DNA of 11,994 nucleotides from Bdellovibrionota bacterium (GTDB lineage Bacteria > Bdellovibrionota_C > UBA2361 > JBGSMV01): the NCBI GenBank assembly GCA_041739995.1, contig JBGSMV010000003.1:1-11994 (forward strand). The letters run 5' to 3'. The first letter of the stretch is position 1. Each line of letters starts with the position of its first letter. Of this stretch, positions 5,959 to 11,994 are shown piece after piece. Position numbers and translations under genes: made by a program. Under the pieces are notes generated by a model. The model was not told the DNA's origin, did no database searches, and saw nothing but the letters and a program-made list of their open reading frames with translations.

Positions 5959-7722
5959 ATGGCAGCGCTACCGCATCGTTCCTGGCCTGAAAGATCAGAA
6001 TCAACACTTCGTTTTGCCGATTCCCCGAGCATGCCGCGTCCGGAATTGCCAAAGGCCTTGTCGCAGCGAGCCGAGCACGTTGTCGACGCCATGCGTAAGA
6101 TCGAAGCGGATATGAGTGGACGCGAGCTCGGACTTGACGACCTTCAGCGTCGGCAGGCTAGAATCCTGCACTGGGGGGAGCATGTGCACTGGTTCGCCGG
6201 AGGCGACTTAGAGCAACAGGTATCTGACTTAAAGAGTTCATTGCTGAGATTCGGTTCCAAGGAGGCGGCTTCGGTGGCCTGCGAGCTTGCCGCCTGTACC
6301 CTTGCGGGCTCTCCTGAAGGGGCACAACTTGGACTGCGTCTGATTGGACGAGAGCCGGAAGAACGAGAGTTTGGACGACGAGCGCTACTGGCGACGCGAC
6401 ATGTGCGGGTCCTCAGTGGGGTGCTTGAACATGTGAGCCACTCGTGTGGGCATTTAGAGCAACGGGTCATCTCTGACTCGAAGCACCCGCTTCTGGCGCT
6501 CGCTGCCGTTGGTGAGTTGTTAGGTCCTGCCACATTCGAAGTTCTTGATCTGCCCGGAAGTGGAATCCAGGTTTCGGCAGAACAGCTCAGTTTGGTGACT
6601 CCGTTTATGGCTCATGAGAATCCGCTAATGCGTGCCACGGCAGCAAGGGCGGTAGCCTACGCACTGCAGTCTTGTCCTGAACATAGAATGAATGCGGATC
6701 TCTTGGAGGTGGTGCGTGAAAGGGTCGGGAGTGAAACCGAGGCACGTGTTCGATATCGCCTGCTTGGCATCGCAAAGTATTATAGTGAAAACGTGAGGGG
6801 CGACATTATCTTAAGCATGGTAGCTCGCGGCGACCCAGAAATTCACCTGCCCGCGCTCGAAATGACTGAAGGCCTTGAGCATCATGCGCTTGCTACCGCT
6901 CTATTGAAGAAATTTCAAAAGATAATCGAATCAGAGGCGCTCGGGGTTCCTACCCCTGTCCAGTGCGCGATTGCCAAGGCCGTGCGAGGTAAACTGACGA
7001 CCCCGCTTGAGGGCAAGCTGCGCGAGATAGTGCTCAATGGCGCCGAGACCTCAGGGAGGAAGCTGCTGGCTACCTATGCGCTTGCGGGGGTTCGCGATGA
7101 CGAGCTCGAGTCAGTTTTTTTTCGAAGAATAAAGGCTGCAGCCGACGATCTTGAAGCCGCAATGCCTGTTGCCCAGTGCTTACAGGTAGGCTGCCGAGAG
7201 GAGATGCAGAGTGCTCTGGCAAAGCTTGCGGTAGATCCATCTAGCAATAGATTGACGCAGTCGGTAGCGTTAAGCGCATTGCCCGCTTCCACCACACCTG
7301 CGGTGCAGCGTGAGCTACTGGCGATGCTTGTAACGGAAGATGACGAGGCTATGCTGAATTTGCTTGTTGAAGCGTTTCAACGCTTTCGGGAAATAGCCGT
7401 TCGCCAGGAGCTAAAAGAACTTGTGAGAAAGAACAACGCACGAGAGGAAGGGCTTGCGGCTGCTATCGAGATCTTGGGGAAACCGCAAGATGCTGCTGAG
7501 CTCCTGATGCTTCAGACGCAGCTCGCGGAAGGGTCCACAAGTTGTCGAATCGCTGCCGCTGCGGCACTGTGTCAGGGCGGACTCAATGGCATCGATAGCA
7601 AGAGGGTCTTCGCTCTCATGCACGAGGCGCTTAAGGTTGGCGCAACTACCTCACCCACGTTTCCTGTTGAGCGAGTTGGCTTTGCTTGTAACGCGTTCTT
7701 GCGATCAACGGGGCTGCTTTAA
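5959..7722 (+). CDS. HEAT/ARM-like alpha-solenoid repeat protein, 587 aa (start corrected from 5680 to 5959)
   Basis: AGGAG at 5950-5954 precedes an in-frame ATG at 5959, 16 nt after the ATPase stop. Repeated HEAT-like units: FMAHENPLMRATAARAV, VGSETEARVRYRLL, ARGDPEIHLPALE, AVDPSSNRLTQSVALSAL, LVTEDDEAMLNLLVEAF, LAEGSTSCRIAAAAAL. A/L/E/R-rich. Confidence 0.8.
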   Translation: MAALPHRSWPERSESTLRFADSPSMPRPELPKALSQRAEHVVDAMRKIEADMSGRELGLDDLQRRQARILHWGEHVHWFAGGDLEQQVSDLKSSLLRFGSKEAASVACELAACTLAGSPEGAQLGLRLIGREPEEREFGRRALLATRHVRVLSGVLEHVSHSCGHLEQRVISDSKHPLLALAAVGELLGPATFEVLDLPGSGIQVSAEQLSLVTPFMAHENPLMRATAARAVAYALQSCPEHRMNADLLEVVRERVGSETEARVRYRLLGIAKYYSENVRGDIILSMVARGDPEIHLPALEMTEGLEHHALATALLKKFQKIIESEALGVPTPVQCAIAKAVRGKLTTPLEGKLREIVLNGAETSGRKLLATYALAGVRDDELESVFFRRIKAAADDLEAAMPVAQCLQVGCREEMQSALAKLAVDPSSNRLTQSVALSALPASTTPAVQRELLAMLVTEDDEAMLNLLVEAFQRFREIAVRQELKELVRKNNAREEGLAAAIEILGKPQDAAELLMLQTQLAEGSTSCRIAAAAALCQGGLNGIDSKRVFALMHEALKVGATTSPTFPVERVGFACNAFLRSTGLL

Positions 7723-7730
7723 ATATCGGT

Positions 7731-7790
7731 TCCTTTGTGTTCTTTGTGGTGACACGCGGAGTTTTATTTCACCACAAAGACCACGAAGGA
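7731..7790. terminator. 22-bp inverted repeat between convergent genes (possible bidirectional terminator or REP-like element)
   Basis: tcctttgtgttctttgtggtga (7731-7752) pairs with tcaccacaaagaccacgaagga (7769-7790): 20/22 Watson-Crick, plus one U-G on the + strand, with a 16-nt loop. No classical U-tract. Confidence 0.6.
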
Positions 7791-7820
7791 GGGACGAATC
7801 CGGCGATGAAGTCAGATCCT

Positions 7821-8297
7821 TTAGGATCTGGATATAGAGCCAGAATACTCATACGTGCAGCGCTCGCCTCTGTAGGAGACCGTGCCCGTGAGTGAAACTT
7901 CACCTAGATTTCTTCGCACATTGAAGATCTTTAATTTCTCTTTGATGAGTGCTCCGCCAGATGATTTGGCGTGCAGTCCTCGGAATCTTCGTCCGGTCAC
8001 GTCAGTTCGTTTGAAAGTTTCCCAAGTACGTGCAAGCCCCGAGGTCTTAACATATTCAACTCTTACGCGGTTGATAGTCTTCTTGGCCTTAGAAATTTTA
8101 ATAAGTCCGTCAACTTCTTCCTTGAGGAATCGAATCTCATCGGTATCGCAATCGGTGCCATCGAGAAAGAGTCCGACGGACCAGCTACCTTCCCATTTTT
8201 CTGGATAGACGTTCTCAGCTCGAGATGGAGACGCGGTCAACAATGAGATCGCTGCGGTGAGAAATGTGTAGGATGCGATTCTGGTAATGCTGTTCAT
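7821..8297 (-). CDS. Hypothetical secreted protein, 158 aa, beta-rich, two Cys
   Basis: From ATG 8297 there is a signal-peptide-like MNSITRIASYTFLTAAISLLTASPSRA/EN. The mature part begins with WEGSWSVGL, has alternating beta-strand patterns and one Cys near each end (possible disulfide). GGGAG/AGGGAAG upstream. Confidence 0.75.
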   Translation of the reverse strand: MNSITRIASYTFLTAAISLLTASPSRAENVYPEKWEGSWSVGLFLDGTDCDTDEIRFLKEEVDGLIKISKAKKTINRVRVEYVKTSGLARTWETFKRTDVTGRRFRGLHAKSSGGALIKEKLKIFNVRRNLGEVSLTGTVSYRGERCTYEYSGSISRS

Positions 8298-8396
8298 CTT
8301 CCCTAAACTCCCAAACAACCTTTGAAGGTTCCAAAAGCGGTTATGGAGGAGGCACGTCCAAAGGTGCTCTAAAGGGTTTCTTAACAGGGCCGGGAA

Positions 8397-9017
8397 CTAA
8401 GCCGCTGGCTTAAGAAGGAGTTTCCGAATTTGGCGTGCCGCTTCGATCACCTCTGTAGGCCGAAACGAAATTAAGGCCAAGACGTCAGGCGATATCGGCA
8501 GCTCCATTGCCCTACCCTTGGCTGCGCAAGAGAACTCTTGATTTACCAGGATTTCGAGACCATCGCAGAGGTTTTCAAGCAAGTCAGAGCCTCTCCTCTT
8601 TGCCCACGCAACGTCGGACTCTGTGCTGGAAGATGCGATATCAAGCGCAAACTCTCCAAATTGAAGGTGGAACAGCGGATGGTCTAGTCCCCCAGTCTGC
8701 TTTAATTGAGTCCTCATCAAGAGAATATCGTAACAAGATGACGCTCGAAATGAAGTGTCCATTGGATGAACCACGCTGAGAGATCTCAGCAGCGAGGCGC
8801 GAAGGGCGAAGTCACCCAAGTAATTTGCGAGCTCCGGATCCGCCGAGCCTAAGGACTCCCTTAGGGCCGCTTCAGCGATAACACCTCGTGCTCCAGGTGA
8901 CAGTGCAGGCGTTATGCATTGAGGCGATGTTGCCAACCTAATGGGCGTTAACCCCCGATTCGGAGAGATCTCTCCGTTCGCGGCAGGCGGAACTATGGGT
9001 TGGAATTGAGGCTCCAT
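8397..9017 (-). CDS. Hypothetical protein, 206 aa
   Basis: Longest ORF in the interval, with a Pro-rich N-terminus followed by amphipathic helical-looking segments. No family recognised. Confidence 0.6.
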   Translation of the reverse strand: MEPQFQPIVPPAANGEISPNRGLTPIRLATSPQCITPALSPGARGVIAEAALRESLGSADPELANYLGDFALRASLLRSLSVVHPMDTSFRASSCYDILLMRTQLKQTGGLDHPLFHLQFGEFALDIASSSTESDVAWAKRRGSDLLENLCDGLEILVNQEFSCAAKGRAMELPISPDVLALISFRPTEVIEAARQIRKLLLKPAA

Positions 9018-9289
9018 TACTTCTAAGCCCTAAAACAAAACTAACAGCGAGGCGGCACGTCGTCGTCTGTATCGCAGACTCCTAGGAAAATTTCGTAAAG
9101 GTAGGCAGGCCCCGAGAGTCGCCGCTTCAAGACCTGTAATTTAAATCTAATCTCGATTCTAACCAAGGGCTTATCCCGAGAGATCTTCAGAAATTCACTT
9201 TTAAGCTGACCTTACGGCACGCGAATCTGAAGCAAGCTAGGGTGACGGGCAGAATAGTGAGTAGAACATCTGCTGTTTTTAATAGTGTT

Positions 9290-9829
9290 ATGCTTAAGCC
9301 TGTCTGTAATCGCATGGGAATCTTCGTTGGGCTCTCCGCCCTGTTGGTTCTCACCCCCTACTCGCAAGCGGATGCTTCTGGTTGTTGTTCGGCAACTGGC
9401 CTGGGCACTAAGGAGGTTCAAATCCAGTGCCCCAATGGTGTTCAAGGAAAAGTGAGATTGTCCGGAAAAAACGAGGCTGAATCTGCCGCCCTACTCCGGT
9501 TTCCGGCGGTGTTCGAAGCTCACGAGGACGCCGGCACGTATTTTCAGCCAGACAGAGAAGTAGCGGTTGTGAGAGGGAAGCTAGATGGAGCTAGCATCAT
9601 CCTTAGCACCTTTGCTTCGAATGGTACTATAAACTTTCTCCTATCCAATGAGGTGCGTGGAAAAGTTTACGTGACCAGTTCTCTTGGTGGAACAGAACCG
9701 ACCTGCGAACAGGCCGATGCCTCTGTGGCGATTTCTGAATCTGACCTCCCTACAGGGTTGTCCCTCGCTGATGTCTCGGGCGAGTCCAGTTCTCCCGATA
9801 GAGTATATAGCGCGCTATTTGGTTCCTAA
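9290..9829 (+). CDS. Hypothetical secreted protein (about 179 aa; start uncertain among 9242, 9290 and 9314)
   Basis: MLKPVCNRMGIFVGLSALLVLTPYSQA/DA resembles a Sec signal peptide. The mature region is beta-rich with four Cys and has a Ser-rich tail. Confidence 0.7.
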   Translation: MLKPVCNRMGIFVGLSALLVLTPYSQADASGCCSATGLGTKEVQIQCPNGVQGKVRLSGKNEAESAALLRFPAVFEAHEDAGTYFQPDREVAVVRGKLDGASIILSTFASNGTINFLLSNEVRGKVYVTSSLGGTEPTCEQADASVAISESDLPTGLSLADVSGESSSPDRVYSALFGS

Positions 9830-9937
9830 TCGAATAAATGTCGTTATCCGTAAACTTGAAAAAACCAACTAATCCTTAACGCAGCCTCATAATGGATAGA
9901 GTCTCCTCGCTGCTCGAGCGCAAGGGACTGCACGGGT

Positions 9938-10400
9938 TCACTGGATCTTCGAAGAGCGCCAAAGCAGCAGGAGCGACAAGCGTCTTCCCAAATGAAGAAA
10001 TGGATAAAGCATGCGGGCCCTGACTTTACCGTAACCCAACGAGCGCATCAGCTTCGCGGCAAATCCTTGGGGGCGTAAAGTGTTGGAGATAACCTGAAGA
10101 GCCTCGGCGCCTTGGACAAAGGATCCATCAGCGAGCAGAAGTACCATGCCCTTTTCAAAGCTGAGTTACTTGGGTTCCTGCCCATGAGAATGCAGTGCCG
10201 ACCCTTCGTTCTCGAGGGTGTTCGGGGCGAGTTTTTTTGGAAGATCTAAGCTGTCGACAGCAGCGCGCTCTCGCATGGAGAACAGCTCGAGCTTCGGAAG
10301 AGCCTCTCTGAGGCGATAGAAGTCAGCTGCCCGAGAGCAAAGCGGACAGTGCCCATAGTTACAGCAGTATATTTCTCCCGAACGAGCTCGACTTTGTCAT
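9938..10400 (-). pseudogene. DCC1-like thiol-disulfide oxidoreductase (DUF393 family), disrupted by a frameshift and an in-frame stop
   Basis: ATG 10400 reads MTKSSSFGRNILL* (TAA 10361-10359). The +1 frame continues YGHCPLCSRAADFYRLREALPKLELFSMRE...EPK*(TAA 10168-10166)LSFEKGMVLLLADGSFVQGAEAL...LYPFLHLGRRLSLLLL. Joined, this matches the DUF393 pattern hhhYDGxCxhC ... GMVL ... GAEAL ... LYP.L..GR. Confidence 0.8.
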
Positions 10401-10431
10401 GCGCCTTAAAGATGATAATGCTATCGTCTCT

Positions 10432-11145
10432 ATGTTAGCTCAGAATTTTCACATCGTCTTGGTCGAGCCTCAGGAGAGCCTTAATATCGGCTCTGTGGCC
10501 CGAGCCATGTCTAATATGGGTTTCTCTAATCTGCACTTGGTGGCGCCCCTAGATTATTTAATCGATCGAGCCCGGATTACCGCGTGTCATGGTGGTGCGG
10601 TTCTCGACTCGCTTACTATTCATGAAGATCTGGAGAGTTGTCTTGCCTCAATGAAAGTTGTGGTTGGTTTTAGCGGACAACATGGCAAACACCGTCCCGC
10701 GCACGTAATGCTCTCTGAGTGGAAGCACGCTTGGATGGAATCTCCGAGTGACAAGACGGCGTTGGTATTTGGACCTGAAGCAACTGGGCTTCGTACCGAT
10801 CATCTTGCGCACCTGCGTTGGACCGTGAGGATCCCTTCTTCGGAGGAGAACGCTTCGCTTAACCTTGCCCAGGCGGTGCTCGTGGTCTTGTATGAGCTGC
10901 AGCGCAATCCAGAATTGGTTCAGCCTGTAGTGCGAGAACGAGCAGAGGCGTCTGCACACTATCATCTCGATAGGATTGTGACCGAGGTTCTTGACGGCTG
11001 CGAATTCTACCGCGAAGGCACACCGGGACCCATTCCTGATCTGGTGAAAAACCTACTGCGTCGTATTGAACCGGATTCCAGAGAAATGGGAGTGCTGCTG
11101 GCGATGTTTGCGAGAATCAATTCGGCCATGAAGAAGCCAGCGTGA
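10432..11145 (+). CDS. trmJ: TrmJ/LasT-family SPOUT RNA methyltransferase (tRNA C32/U32 2'-O-methyltransferase-like)
   Basis: IVLVEPQESLNIGSVARAMSNMGFSNLHLVAP, ALVFGPEATGL and IPSSEENASLNLAQAVLVVLYE, plus the TrmJ C-terminal helical extension (LLRRIEPDSREMGVLLAMF). ATG 10432 fits the family N-terminus better than 10399. Confidence 0.9.
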   Translation: MLAQNFHIVLVEPQESLNIGSVARAMSNMGFSNLHLVAPLDYLIDRARITACHGGAVLDSLTIHEDLESCLASMKVVVGFSGQHGKHRPAHVMLSEWKHAWMESPSDKTALVFGPEATGLRTDHLAHLRWTVRIPSSEENASLNLAQAVLVVLYELQRNPELVQPVVRERAEASAHYHLDRIVTEVLDGCEFYREGTPGPIPDLVKNLLRRIEPDSREMGVLLAMFARINSAMKKPA

Positions 11146-11171
11146 AGAAGCCAGAGTGTTAGCCAGAAAAG
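11129..11171. repeat. 14-bp tandem repeat across the trmJ stop codon
   Basis: tgaagaagccagcg (11129-11142), tgaagaagccagag (11143-11156), then degenerate tgttagccagaaaag. Confidence 0.7.
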
Positions 11172-11214
11172 TGGTAATCCGAGCGGAGAGGCCAAAGCAT
11201 CGAGACAGTAGAGC

Positions 11215-11679
11215 TTAGTTTTCTCTCAGCTCGGCGAGTTTTTGATTGAAACGAATCTCCTCGCGTTCTCTCAATTGAACCAAGATGTCGAAAAGTTCGT
11301 ATTGGGTGACGAGCTCGTTCTCGATGCCGGCCAGTCGAGTTGACCACGCACTGGCCCTGCGCTGCTCCTCTGGTGAGCCTTCCTGATGCTCGGGTGGGGA
11401 GAAGTCAGAGGGTGAATCTGGTGGAGAGCTCTCGCCTGACGACGGCTCCGAGAATGGTCCTGAGAATGGTCCTGCGAATGGCCCTGGCAAGCATGACTGA
11501 GCGATTACCTCGCGCTCTACCTCTCGCCTTGATTGTTCCAATGCGTCGATTTCTGTGCCTAACTCGAAGAGTTCTTGGCGTATTTGCTGAACTGCAGAAA
11601 TTCTACCCAGACGGATGATGGCGCGCTCTCGTTTGCGCGAGACGGGGTTAGCAGAGGTGTGGGATCGCTCACTCGACAT
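11215..11679 (-). CDS. Hypothetical coiled-coil protein with a central Pro/Ser-rich low-complexity insert (about 154 aa)
   Basis: Two E/R/L-rich heptad helices (VQQIRQELFELGTEIDALEQSRREVE and LAGIENELVTQYELFDILVQLREREEIRFNQKLAEL) flank GPFAGPFSGPFSEPSSGESSPPDSPSDFSPP. ATG 11679 is preferred over 11691. Confidence 0.7.
   Translation of the reverse strand: MSSERSHTSANPVSRKRERAIIRLGRISAVQQIRQELFELGTEIDALEQSRREVEREVIAQSCLPGPFAGPFSGPFSEPSSGESSPPDSPSDFSPPEHQEGSPEEQRRASAWSTRLAGIENELVTQYELFDILVQLREREEIRFNQKLAELREN
11450..11485. repeat. In-frame 12-bp tandem repeat x3 (GPF[A/S] peptide repeat)
   Basis: gagaatggtcct, gagaatggtcct, gcgaatggccct. Confidence 0.85.
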
Positions 11680-11847
11680 AATGTGTCGCAATAAAACTGC
11701 AAGCCACTTCTAGGGTTAGTGTAACGGCTTCGCGCAATTGCCACTACCCTGAATTTTTAGCGCAAAAAATGGCGTGTTTGCGGCTTTGCTGGCGACATCT
11801 CACACCGACCCTTTCGCTGCGAATATTTCCATCTCATCGCGCGGGCA

Positions 11848-11888
11848 AGAAAAAAGCCCGAGGTATTCATTGCTGAACACCTCGGGCT
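11848..11888 (-). terminator. Rho-independent terminator
   Basis: Minus strand reads AGCCCGAGGTGTTCA-GCAA-TGAATACCTCGGGCT-TTTTTCTT: a 15-bp stem with one G-U, a GNRA tetraloop and a U-tract, about 37 nt after the stop at 11926. Confidence 0.9.
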
Positions 11889-11925
11889 CTCTATTTAGTG
11901 GGGCAAAATTACCCCAGTGCCGATC

Positions 11926-11994
11926 TTAGTAGCGTCCGCCGCCTCTTCGATCACCACCGTAGCCACCGCCGCCACCGCCGCGGGAGCCACCGCC
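11926..11994 (-). CDS. Partial CDS: Gly-rich C-terminal tail, probably an RRM (RNP-1) RNA-binding protein
   Basis: GGGSRGGGGGGYGGDRRGGGRY*. The ...GGGRY ending is typical of bacterial single-RRM proteins and a strong terminator follows. The RRM itself would lie outside the window. Confidence 0.7.
   Translation of the reverse strand, partial: GGGSRGGGGGGYGGDRRGGGRY

Noticed and set aside
1521..7623. Numerous short alternative-frame and antisense ORFs inside the operon
   Set aside because: They lie inside well-supported long CDSs and have no recognisable motifs.
9938..10147. Stand-alone 69-aa protein
   Set aside because: It is the C-terminal fragment of the disrupted DUF393 gene.
10166..10168. 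Stop-codon readthrough or alternative genetic code
   Set aside because: The codon is TAA, which terminates other genes here, and the same gene also has a frameshift.

Overview
Bacterial-type genomic DNA, roughly mid-50s % GC; the taxon cannot be assigned from sequence alone. The core is a tightly coupled four-gene + strand operon (about 1294-7722). It encodes (1) a large protein with an HExxH zincin-like N-domain, a long coiled coil and a C-terminal vWA/MIDAS domain, (2) a 146-aa protein that looks like a degenerate, probably inactive AAA+ module, (3) a MoxR/dynein-related (AAA_5-like) ATPase with a large helix-2 insert and atypical catalytic motifs, and (4) a HEAT-repeat protein. A 22-bp inverted repeat follows the operon. 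Upstream is a multi-pass membrane-protein gene bracketed by a 23-bp imperfect inverted repeat. Downstream are two probable secreted hypothetical proteins, one hypothetical protein, a DCC1/DUF393 thiol-disulfide oxidoreductase gene disrupted by a frameshift and a stop, a TrmJ/LasT SPOUT RNA methyltransferase, a coiled-coil hypothetical protein, and the Gly-rich 3' end plus terminator of a probable RRM RNA-binding protein. I saw no tRNA, rRNA, CRISPR array, transposase or integrase. All family calls are by motif recognition, not database search.
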